From positions 1-64,000 of IMG/VR virus record IMGVR_UViG_3300044878_000205: a stretch of DNA of 64,000 bases. One strand, 5' to 3'. This document shows, in pieces, positions 19,460 to 27,086 of this stretch. Each line of letters starts with the position of its first letter. Position 1 is the first letter of the stretch. Made by a program: the position numbers and the translations under genes. Under the pieces are notes generated by a model, which saw nothing but the letters and a program-made list of their open reading frames with translations, did not search any database and was not told the origin of the DNA. Source of the DNA: a virus (taxonomy: Duplodnaviria; Caudoviricetes).

Positions 19460-20349
19460 CCCTCCGTGCGGTCAAGTCGTTTCTCCCGGCGGGCTCGCCG
19501 GCCAGTGCGGTGTATGCCGCCCTCGATGCCGCCCTCGACGCGCCGGCCGCCCCCTCCCAGCCACCCCCCTTCAAAAAAGTCTTGCCGCCGGTGGGCCACC
19601 AGTCTGTGCGCCGTCCGCGCCGGCTGTCGGCCAAACAAGCGGCGACCTTCCTCGGTGACGCGGTCAAGCGCATCAAGGCCGAGGCCAGCGACCGCTCCGG
19701 CAAATACCTGCGTTGCCTGGACACCGTGCACCAGGCCGGCGGCCGTACCCGCGCCGAGCGCTGGCAGGCCCTGGCGGCGATTGCCGAGCCGCTGCTGGCC
19801 CGGCTTGACATTGCCACCGGCTGCCTGGGCTACCTGGACGCGCAGGGCCAGTTCCGCCTCAACCGCCAGAACGGCATGGCCGAGGACGCGGGCATCAGCC
19901 CGACGCGCCTGTGCCGGCTGCTCAAGGCCCTGGAGAAAGCCAAGTACACCTTGCGCAAGATCAAGCGCCTGTACCGCAACGGTAAGCGCTGGGTCTGCCG
20001 CATCACCATCTACGTGCGCCCGCGCTTCTTTATTGACCTCGGACTGGGCTTCCAGCACGCCGCGTCACGCACCGCTAAGGCCAAGGCCTACCTGAAGAAG
20101 CGCCGTCAGGCGCAGGCCGTGCAGCAGCAGGCGCTGCTCGATGACGTGGCTGCCGCCCATGACCGGCGCATGAGCCATCGCGGGGCCGAGGCCGCCCGTG
20201 CTGAGACGCGCAAGGCCGCCGAGAACACCTCGAAAATCCAGGCGATGCAGCACAAGGCTGGCGTCCTCTCGGAGCTGGCCAAGGCCAACCCGGGCAAGGG
20301 CCATGCCGAGATCATGGCCCTCTACCACCAGCTGCATCCCGCCTCCTAA
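19456..20349 (+). CDS. Plasmid-type replication initiator (IncFII RepA-like), copy 1
   Basis: wHTH-like MAEDAGISPTRLCRLLKALE, I.VRPRFF..LG motif, basic C-terminal helix; leader architecture of antisense-controlled replicons. Confidence 0.7.
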   Translation: MTLRAVKSFLPAGSPASAVYAALDAALDAPAAPSQPPPFKKVLPPVGHQSVRRPRRLSAKQAATFLGDAVKRIKAEASDRSGKYLRCLDTVHQAGGRTRAERWQALAAIAEPLLARLDIATGCLGYLDAQGQFRLNRQNGMAEDAGISPTRLCRLLKALEKAKYTLRKIKRLYRNGKRWVCRITIYVRPRFFIDLGLGFQHAASRTAKAKAYLKKRRQAQAVQQQALLDDVAAAHDRRMSHRGAEAARAETRKAAENTSKIQAMQHKAGVLSELAKANPGKGHAEIMALYHQLHPAS

Positions 20350-20494
20350 GCCCCGTCCTTTGCGCACCGCTACCGGCGGTGTGTTCGCGTGCCTGCCCTT
20401 CTGACAACGCCGTCCAGCCCCCTTCCAGCGCCCTTGTCGGCCCTCGTTCTGCCCCTCATTTGCCGCCATTCCCCTCCGTTTCACCGGTCGTTCC

Positions 20495-20690
20495 GGCGCG
20501 CGCCCGTCCAGGCGTTAAAGCCTTTGGAATAACTGCAATTTTATAGGTCGAGTGGTACCACCCAAGGGTTAGTAACAGAGCCTTTAGGTTCCGTGGAGTG
20601 CTCTGGATCGAGGCCTGACTTGATTCAGTAGAAAGAATGCCTGCCCACTTCGCGCCTGGAGGCGCGGGGCAAGGGCACCCCTCGGTGCCC
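20495..20690. other. Candidate replication origin downstream of rep
   Basis: Non-coding block more conserved than its flanks versus ~59138-59330; AT-rich tract and CGCGCC-TGGA-GGCGCG hairpin. Confidence 0.45.
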
Positions 20691-21086
20691 GTGCCGCCGC
20701 CGGCGTGTCAGGTGGCCGCCGTTCCAGTTACTCCCGCCGCTGCGCGTCGTCCGCGCCTTCACGTCGCCAGGGCTACGCCCCACGAAGGTCGCGCACGCGC
20801 TCCAGCGATCAATGAACGGGGTGGGCTGGTCGATTTTGTCCGCCCTAGACGGCCGCAGCGCTTGCTCTGGCGTCGAGCGGGTGTCAGGCAAGGCGTGGCG
20901 TCAGGTTCGGTGGGGCACGGTGCAGGCGCGCTTGGGCGGGTTCGGATGTTTGTGTCCGAGCGCGGGTGGTGGTCGGGTCGTGTTGCGTGGCCATCATTTG
21001 GCCACCGTCCGGTGCCTCGGGGTAAAGGCGTGAAAGCCTTGTCCCGCAAGGGTTGCGGACCGAGCGATCCTTGGGAAGTTCCATAG

Positions 21087-21134
21087 GCGAATTAGCGAAT
21101 TAGCTATTGAGATACGTCGGTCGCTATGTAAAAT
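21087..21134 (+). promoter_or_regulatory. 8-bp repeat array abutting a sigma70-like promoter
   Basis: GCGAATTA-GCGAATTA-GCTA then TTGAGA-N16-TAAAAT; same at 59757-59804. Confidence 0.65.
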
Positions 21135-21175
21135 GCATCATCGCCCAGGCCTTTTGCCCGGGCCCAGATGGAGCT

Positions 21176-21409
21176 GTGCCGTTGAGCCGCGAAGCCTTAC
21201 ACACCCAAATGAAGGAACATGCCCGGTGTCTGTCCCTGCCTCAAGTGGTCCAGTCGATTGAGAACCTGGGCGGCGGGAATTTGCCGGCGATTGAGCTCAT
21301 CTTGCGCAGCCTGCTGCTTGACGTGTACAGCGAACGTCAGGGCGCCGAAGCGGCCCGCCGGCTGATGGCTCAGCTGGAGATTGCCCAGCCGGGTGTGTTG
21401 CTGGCCTGA
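21176..21409 (+). CDS. Conserved hypothetical protein (first gene of variable operon)
   Basis: GGAG RBS and GTG start (start uncertain); near-identical to the ORF ending at 60078. Confidence 0.7.
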   Translation: MPLSREALHTQMKEHARCLSLPQVVQSIENLGGGNLPAIELILRSLLLDVYSERQGAEAARRLMAQLEIAQPGVLLA

Positions 21410-21474
21410 TTTGGATAGGGCTAGTCCCGACTTTACACCTGGTGTAAAGATGGACTTTTGAAAGGAGTCGTCGC

Positions 21475-21966
21475 ATGAGTGTCCTCTATACCCTGCCGCT
21501 AATTGACGGTCCGCTGACGTTGACCCTGGACGGTGACGCGTTGGCCGCCTTGAACCGCTATCGGCAGCTTTTGGTCTGGTCGGTCTCTCCCTGGCTTGGC
21601 CCACCGGGCGAGCCGGTGCATGAGGGATTGATCGAGGCAATGACTACGCTGGCCGATGCGATGTCGAGGTTGTCCAAGGATGCGCGCCGTGTGCCCGCTG
21701 ATCCCACGCAAGGAGCCCCCGCCCGGCCATCCGTATTGATTAATGGCGTCGAGTACGTGCCCCGCGCCGAGGTGCCGGAGCTGACCGACGAACGCCTGCA
21801 GCGCGCCCTGGGCGAGCTGGTGGCCATCCAGTATTTCCGCGAGGACCACAAGGCGGTTCGCCAAGCCTGGGACGCGCTCAAGGCGCTGGCCCCCGAGTTG
21901 GCCGAGCTGGCCGCCCGCGACTCGCAGGCCGCGTATTATCGAATCCACGGCACTCCCGACGACTGA
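21475..21966 (+). CDS. Hypothetical protein, copy-1-specific
   Basis: AAAGGAG RBS; absent from copy 2. Confidence 0.7.
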   Translation: MSVLYTLPLIDGPLTLTLDGDALAALNRYRQLLVWSVSPWLGPPGEPVHEGLIEAMTTLADAMSRLSKDARRVPADPTQGAPARPSVLINGVEYVPRAEVPELTDERLQRALGELVAIQYFREDHKAVRQAWDALKALAPELAELAARDSQAAYYRIHGTPDD

Positions 21967-21980
21967 AAGGAACCCCCGCC

Positions 21981-22223
21981 ATGCCGACCTATCACGACCG
22001 CTACGCCGCCCGCCTGCGGGCCTTTGTCTCAACGTGGTCCGGCCACAACATGGCCCATATCGCCTACCTGTCCGGGCGCAAGGCGCGCTCCCAGGGCCGT
22101 TCGCGGGGCTGGTCGTATGCTGGTGTCCTGACCTATCCGGCGCAGCGCCTGGCCCGCCTTGGTTATGTCGATGAGGCGCGCGGCCTGCCGGACCGGCTGG
22201 AGCGTGAGCGGTGGCAGGATTGA
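21981..22223 (+). CDS. Hypothetical 80-aa cassette-like ORF
   Basis: Starts in the shared GAAAGGAACCCCCGCCATG leader; ends 10 bp before the dif-like site. Confidence 0.7.
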   Translation: MPTYHDRYAARLRAFVSTWSGHNMAHIAYLSGRKARSQGRSRGWSYAGVLTYPAQRLARLGYVDEARGLPDRLERERWQD

Positions 22224-22232
22224 GCCCCGCGC

Positions 22233-22260
22233 GTTACGAGTAACGGCGTTTATGTCAAAT
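22233..22260. other. dif-like XerC/XerD recombination site 1
   Basis: GTTACGAGTAA-CGGCGT-TTATGTCAAAT (11-6-11); right arm matches the XerD arm TTATGTTAAAT at 10/11. Confidence 0.7.
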
Positions 22261-22274
22261 CGCACGGCACACAA

Positions 22275-22340
22275 GGCTACCAAAGGGTGGCCTTTTTTTG
22301 TGCCCGCCGTTACCACTTTGCGGTAAAATGGACTACCGTT
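22275..22340 (+). promoter_or_regulatory. Terminator followed by promoter with palindromic operator
   Basis: GGCTACC-AAAG-GGTGGCC plus T run, then TAAAATGG-ACTA-CCGTTTTA; equivalent at ~60938-61020. Confidence 0.55.
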
Positions 22341-22396
22341 TTAGCGTGTTCTGGTTTTAGAGCGCGTCACCCCACACCCCGAAAAGGAGATCCCGC

Positions 22397-22750
22397 ATGA
22401 CCCTGCTGACCCCGATAATTCGCAAAGACACCCCGGACGCGGAGTACCGCTTTTTTGTCTACTGCCCCAACGACGCAGACTTCACCTACTACCGCAGCGC
22501 AGAGGACCGCGACAAGGACGCTGACCGGGTGATCCAGTCCTATCTCGATGATGGCTGGGATGAAATGGTCGAACAGGTGGTGGCTGGGGAAATGACCCAC
22601 TTCTGCGGGCAGGTCGGTCGCGAAGATCGACCCGCCGAGAGCGAGCTGGATGAAGAGCAGTGCGACGGCACCGGCAAGCATTGGGGCGAGTGGGATTACA
22701 CCTGCAATTACGATCTGCTGCCGTTGGCAGAGCTAGAGGTAGCGGCATGA
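22397..22750 (+). CDS. Acidic hypothetical phage protein
   Basis: AAGGAG RBS; coupled to next ORF. Confidence 0.7.
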   Translation: MTLLTPIIRKDTPDAEYRFFVYCPNDADFTYYRSAEDRDKDADRVIQSYLDDGWDEMVEQVVAGEMTHFCGQVGREDRPAESELDEEQCDGTGKHWGEWDYTCNYDLLPLAELEVAA

Positions 22751-23106
22751 GCATCGCCGTGGATATTGACGCCCAGGTGAGCCTGCTGCTGGAGCGCCTG
22801 GACAACACCGCGACCGATGCCCAGCTGCTGGTCGGGTTGTGCGCCCAGGCGCCGCTGGTACGGGAGGTGGCCGCCGCCTGCCGGCAGACCGCCGCCTTTA
22901 CCCGATCCGCCGCGCAGTTCGCGGCCTTCCAGGTCGAACTGGAAGCGGAGCATGCCGAGGACGAGCGCCTGCTCGCGGCCTGGCTGCACTTTCTGGATCG
23001 CCTCATCAGTGCCCCGACTCGCTTGCACATGATCGGCTCGGTGCGCCTGTGCTTGCCGCTGGTGGCCCACTACCTGCCGGAGGTCGGCGATGGCGACCCT
23101 CGCTGA
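22747..23106 (+). CDS. Hypothetical protein
   Basis: ATGA overlap with upstream ORF; GAGG RBS. Confidence 0.65.
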   Translation: MSIAVDIDAQVSLLLERLDNTATDAQLLVGLCAQAPLVREVAAACRQTAAFTRSAAQFAAFQVELEAEHAEDERLLAAWLHFLDRLISAPTRLHMIGSVRLCLPLVAHYLPEVGDGDPR

Positions 23107-23266
23107 AATTCGCGACCTGCTGCAGCGCGGCGAAACCGTGAGTCTGCAGCGCCGTTACGTGGCGCGCGTGCTGGAAGGCCTGGCCGCCTCGGCGCAGGGC
23201 ACCGAGCAATACCGCGTGACCCCGCGGCCGGGTCGCATGGCCGACCTGGTCCTGGAGCGAAAATGA
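23090..23266 (+). CDS. Hypothetical 58-aa protein (MATLAEIRDLLQRGE...)
   Basis: GGAGG RBS; stop overlaps next ATG; read manually, not in ORF track. Confidence 0.6.
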   Translation: MATLAEIRDLLQRGETVSLQRRYVARVLEGLAASAQGTEQYRVTPRPGRMADLVLERK

Positions 23267-23469
23267 ACAATCGTCACGGGCTGGACGTGGACTACTTCCG
23301 GCGCAAATTGCTGCGCCTGGCCCGTGACCTGGAGCAACAAACGCCGTCCGACTTTGCTCGGGACTGTGCGCGTCTGTCGTGTCAGGCAGACGCGGCGGTG
23401 CGGGCTCAGGCAGAGTACGCCCGCCCGGCGCCGGCCCCCGACGATCAAGACCTGCAGGAGGAGCGCTAA
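23263..23469 (+). CDS. Conserved small hypothetical protein
   Basis: Homologue at 61363..61569. Confidence 0.75.
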   Translation: MNNRHGLDVDYFRRKLLRLARDLEQQTPSDFARDCARLSCQADAAVRAQAEYARPAPAPDDQDLQEER

Positions 23470-23867
23470 TGCCCCGTTACTGGATTCGTTTCACTGTGAC
23501 CACCAAGCGCCAAAGCACGGAGCACACGCGCACTCTGGAAACGGAATTCCCGCTCGAATACGACAGCGATATCGCCGCATTGCAAAAGGCCCTGGAGGCG
23601 TCCCGCAGCCCTGGCAGCACGGTGACGCTGACCACCTGGCGCGAACTCAAAGGCGAGTCGCGCTACGTCGATCCCTGGTCAACCACGCATAACCCGCTGG
23701 CCGATCCGACGCAGCCGGCAGGCTGGATCTATACCCTGCACCTGGACGAGGGGCGGACCGTCAGCCGCTTCAGCTGGACCCCGGACAATCCGTTCGGCGA
23801 TGTCGCTGCCGGGCAGGCGCTGACCGTGGCGCCGTTGAAGGTCGACCTGGACGAGGCGACGTCGTGA
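23469..23867 (+). CDS. Conserved hypothetical protein
   Basis: GGAGGAG RBS, TAATG coupling; homologue at 61569..61967. Confidence 0.75.
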   Translation: MPRYWIRFTVTTKRQSTEHTRTLETEFPLEYDSDIAALQKALEASRSPGSTVTLTTWRELKGESRYVDPWSTTHNPLADPTQPAGWIYTLHLDEGRTVSRFSWTPDNPFGDVAAGQALTVAPLKVDLDEATS

Positions 23868-24019
23868 CGGCGTGCCTGGGGCTGGTCGGTGAGGCGCGGC
23901 TGGGCGCGACCCCGGCTGGGCTGGTACGCTGGCACCGCTGCCGGGCGGTGGCAGTTGGCCGCGCCGCGCCGCTGTGGCAAGGTGCGCGCCAGTCTCATGG
24001 ATTTGATGCGAGGGTATGC

Positions 24020-24271
24020 ATGATTGGAAAGGCCTTGGATGAGGATGCGTTGCGGCTGCTGGTGAGCCAGCAGGCGGTGCGCGAGTGCAAGGTGGCCCGG
24101 CAACGGCAGGCCCCGCAGCGCTGGACCCTGGAGGTGCGCTTGGGCGGGTCGCAGGCGCGCTGGATACCGGTGCGCTCGCGGCGTGAACCGGTGCGAACCT
24201 GGGCCAGCCTGGAGACCCTGAGCCGCTTTGCCGTGGCGGTCGGCCTGCAGGAGTTTGTCGTGGAGCTGTGA
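24020..24271 (+). CDS. Small conserved protein, weak resemblance to plasmid 'ParC'-annotated proteins
   Basis: R.W.SL.TL..F...G...F.V pattern; homologue at 62066..62317. Confidence 0.55.
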   Translation: MIGKALDEDALRLLVSQQAVRECKVARQRQAPQRWTLEVRLGGSQARWIPVRSRREPVRTWASLETLSRFAVAVGLQEFVVEL

Positions 24272-24287
24272 CCGGTCACATGCGCAC

Positions 24288-24318
24288 AAAAAAGCCCCGA
24301 ACCAGTCGGGGCTTTTTG
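24288..24318. terminator. Bidirectional intrinsic terminator
   Basis: AAAAAGCCCCGA-ACCAG-TCGGGGCTTTTT between convergent genes; identical at ~62335-62363. Confidence 0.85.
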
Positions 24319-24335
24319 TTGGGCGCTGGAGCGGC

Positions 24336-24479
24336 CTAGCGGTTCCACCGTGCCAGGGCCAAGGCTTGCTTGGTCCGCGGTGAGCAAGTGGCGAGGAAGT
24401 AGGCCATCTGCCGCGCGGACAGGTTCAGCAGTTCGTTCAGCGGTTTGGCGCGCAGGGTGGTATATTCGTGCTCTGACAT
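24336..24479 (-). CDS. Conserved 47-aa microprotein (MSEHEYTTLRAKPLNELL...)
   Basis: AAAAGG RBS; same length and frame at 62382..62525. Confidence 0.65.
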   Translation of the reverse strand: MSEHEYTTLRAKPLNELLNLSARQMAYFLATCSPRTKQALALARWNR

Positions 24480-24554
24480 GTCGGTTACCTTTTGCGGGGT
24501 TTCGGTGTGTTATGAGCGCCCAGGTCTTCGACCACCTGGGCGCTCAATCCCTTC

Positions 24555-24851
24555 TCAGTTGCTGGGTTCCCAGCCTTTCTTTTTCATGTAATCAGCCATC
24601 GCTTCTTTCAGCACATCCACTTGCGCCATGTCGTTGCTCGCGCAGAACAGGCGGAAGTTGCGGCGGTACTCCTGGGCGACCTTAAAGCCCAAATCCACCA
24701 GTTTGTTATCGGCCGGCACCTTGGTGTTGTTGCCGACGCTGGCCGTTTCCGCGGCGGACTGCGGCGGCTCGCCCAGGCTGCGGCGCGGGGGCTTGGCCAC
24801 TTTGACGGCTGGGGCGGTAGTGGGCTTGGTTTGGGTGGTATTGGTGGGCAT
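24555..24851 (-). CDS. Ribbon-helix-helix partition partner (type Ib, ParG-like), copy 1
   Basis: Disordered N-terminus, LGFKV beta-strand plus two helices; directly downstream of parA. Confidence 0.75.
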   Translation of the reverse strand: MPTNTTQTKPTTAPAVKVAKPPRRSLGEPPQSAAETASVGNNTKVPADNKLVDLGFKVAQEYRRNFRLFCASNDMAQVDVLKEAMADYMKKKGWEPSN

Positions 24852-24895
24852 GGCAGTGATCCTGTGGTGAATGACTGGAGCTTAGCAGGGGTTGC

Positions 24896-24923
24896 GCTAA
24901 TTAGCTAATTCGCTAATTGGCTA
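24896..24923. repeat. 8-bp-period repeat array (parS-like)
   Basis: GCTAATTA-GCTAATTC-GCTAATTG-GCTA between parA and its partner. Confidence 0.75.
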
Positions 24924-24929
24924 TGCGGA

Positions 24930-25583
24930 TCAAACCGCGGTCAGCCGTTCAAAGTGGTCAACGGCGGATTGGATGACTTCCAGGGCTTTCAGGCGCGGCC
25001 CTTTGTACGGGGTTTCGATGATCGAGCGGCCTTCGTTCATGGCGTTGGCGTAAGCGTCTTGATGCTGAATCGAGCCGGCGAGCACGGCAAAGCGGGTCTT
25101 GCCCAGGTACTCGCGCGCGAGGTCAATCGGCGCCTTGCGCGCTGTGGCCTTGCACAAGGCAAAGACCAGGCGCTCGGCGGGGATGCCGTGTTGGTCGACC
25201 AGACTGTTGGCCAGGGCCACCTGCGGCTCCAGGTCATCCAGGGTCAGGCCGGTGGGCAAAATCAGCAGCTGACAGGCTTTGGCGATCTTCACGGTTTCTT
25301 CGGTGGCGTTGGCCGGGCCGTCGAAAATGAACAGGTCCGCGTCACCGGCGCGGCTGAGGGCGGTGGCGACGTTTCCATACAGCTGCACTGGCACGTCGGG
25401 GGTGATGCCGGCGCGCAGGCGGCGGTGTTGCCAGTTGGTGGCGGTGGCTTGTTTGGTGTCGAGGTCGATGATCTTCATCAGCCAGCCGGCTTCGGTGTAG
25501 GCGGTGCCGAGGGCGCGGGCCATGGTGGATTTCCAGGCGCCGCCTTTCTGTGAAATGCAGCCGATAGCGAGGGGGATTTGCAT
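24930..25583 (-). CDS. parA: ParA-family ATPase (copy 1)
   Basis: SQKGGAWKST Walker A, IDLD.KQ, FIFDGP and LILPT motifs; 217 aa without N-terminal HTH. Confidence 0.9.
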   Translation of the reverse strand: MQIPLAIGCISQKGGAWKSTMARALGTAYTEAGWLMKIIDLDTKQATATNWQHRRLRAGITPDVPVQLYGNVATALSRAGDADLFIFDGPANATEETVKIAKACQLLILPTGLTLDDLEPQVALANSLVDQHGIPAERLVFALCKATARKAPIDLAREYLGKTRFAVLAGSIQHQDAYANAMNEGRSIIETPYKGPRLKALEVIQSAVDHFERLTAV

Positions 25584-25603
25584 GCGGGGTTTCCTTGTGC
25601 GAT

Positions 25604-25696
25604 TTAGCGAATTAGCTAACGTCGGAGCCAGTATAGGCAGCACGGGGGAAACTGCATAGCGAATTTGCGAATTAGCTAATGGGCTAACTCGCAAAC
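25604..25696. repeat. Two 8-bp-period arrays flanking the parA promoter
   Basis: TTAGCGAA-TTAGCTAA (25604-25619) and 25657-25696, either side of minus-strand TATACT. Confidence 0.75.
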
Positions 25697-25736
25697 TGGA
25701 GAGGGCCGGGGGTGGCGGCTGGGCGGGGGCGGTCTG

Positions 25737-25988
25737 TTACTGCGGGGCGACGAGGGCGGTCGGGGTCATTTGCCCCGTCATATGGGACAGTTCGTCCAGG
25801 GATTCGGTCAATTGCGCGGCCAGTGCTGCGATCCGTTCGAGTGCGTTCAGATCGCCTTCGCTGATGGCCACTTTGGCCATCGCCTCAATCCCGGCAGCCT
25901 GTGCGCTTTTCCGCGTCAGCCGGGTAAAGAGGTAGCGTTGCGTGTCTTCAGTGAACAGCACCACACCATCAATCATTCCGTTAGTCAT
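25737..25988 (-). CDS. Conserved hypothetical protein
   Basis: TEDTQRYLFTRLTR also encoded at the right window edge. Confidence 0.7.
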   Translation of the reverse strand: MTNGMIDGVVLFTEDTQRYLFTRLTRKSAQAAGIEAMAKVAISEGDLNALERIAALAAQLTESLDELSHMTGQMTPTALVAPQ

Positions 25989-26069
25989 CAGATTACTACC
26001 TTGCAAACTGTTAATTACACTTATGCTGTAAGTGTTGGGCGTAAGAACGCCCCGTGAGGGGCAGGGGGT

Positions 26070-26729
26070 TTAGCGCAGGTGAGCGATCATTCTAACGCGG
26101 CCGAGGATGTGCATGCCGGCCATGGTTTGCGCGCTGACTTGTTCGTCGGGAAAGCGCTCGCGCAACTCGGCCTGAATGCAATACGAGCCGTCGATGTTCT
26201 GCCGAATCCAGCGCAGCCACAGGCGCCCGTTAATGATCAGCGCGAACAGGTCATCTTGCAGCACCTTGGTGTCGGTCAGGTCGATCAACACCCGATCATC
26301 CTTGGTGATGACCCCGCTCATGCTGTCGTCGGGGGCGACCACCAGCAGCAGGCGCTCGCGGTCCAGCTTGAACTCTTTGAGAAAGGTCTTGCGAAAGGCC
26401 AGGGCATCGTCGGCCAGCTCGATCAAGCCACTGGCGGTGGCGATCGGTTCGGCCAAGGGCACGGTGTAGCGGGCGGCTTCTGGTGAGGTGCCATCGTCGT
26501 CGGAGAGTGCCGCGAGCCAGGCCGCCGGCTTGCCGAATAGTTGACTGAGGGCAATCAGGATGTCGCCGGGCGGGATGTTGATGCCGAGTTCCCAGTTACC
26601 GTAGCGCGAGGGGATGACCTTGTTCTGAACGATGGCCGACAGGTTTTGCGCGGTCTCTTGATAAGTCCAGCCTTTGGCGGCGCGGCAGGCCTTTAGGCGG
26701 GCGGAAATCTTGGGGCGAATATCAAACAT
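26070..26729 (-). CDS. CI-like repressor (XRE HTH + S24-like domain)
   Basis: RLKACR...WTYQETA...YGNWELG HTH and DSM motif; divergent from cro-like gene. Confidence 0.88.
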   Translation of the reverse strand: MFDIRPKISARLKACRAAKGWTYQETAQNLSAIVQNKVIPSRYGNWELGINIPPGDILIALSQLFGKPAAWLAALSDDDGTSPEAARYTVPLAEPIATASGLIELADDALAFRKTFLKEFKLDRERLLLVVAPDDSMSGVITKDDRVLIDLTDTKVLQDDLFALIINGRLWLRWIRQNIDGSYCIQAELRERFPDEQVSAQTMAGMHILGRVRMIAHLR

Positions 26730-26855
26730 GGGTATCTCGACCAGTTGTCTACTGCTCCAAATATACACGCAAACTGTAAAATAACATTCAAGCTGTTGTT
26801 TTTTTCTGAGGCCCGCATAGAATAACCAGTAATACTGTTTAAAACAGGTTGCTCT

Positions 26856-27086
26856 GTGGAACTCAACGATTGGATCAACAGCTTGGCCCCCACCGCGGCC
26901 TCACAGGTCGCGGCGGATCTGCTCGGCGAAAAGCGCCGCACCGTGGATTCCTGGCGGCGCTTTGAAAACCCGCCGGTGTTCCGCGCGGCGCACAAGATCA
27001 CCCGCGTGTCACAGGGCCTGGTCGACTTCAACGGCATTTATGCGCCGTATGCGCGTGCCCTGGAGGCTGGCCATGTCCAGTCCTAA
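26856..27086 (+). CDS. Cro-like regulator
   Basis: 76 aa with AADLLG...TVDSW HTH, divergent from repressor. Confidence 0.75.
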   Translation: MELNDWINSLAPTAASQVAADLLGEKRRTVDSWRRFENPPVFRAAHKITRVSQGLVDFNGIYAPYARALEAGHVQS

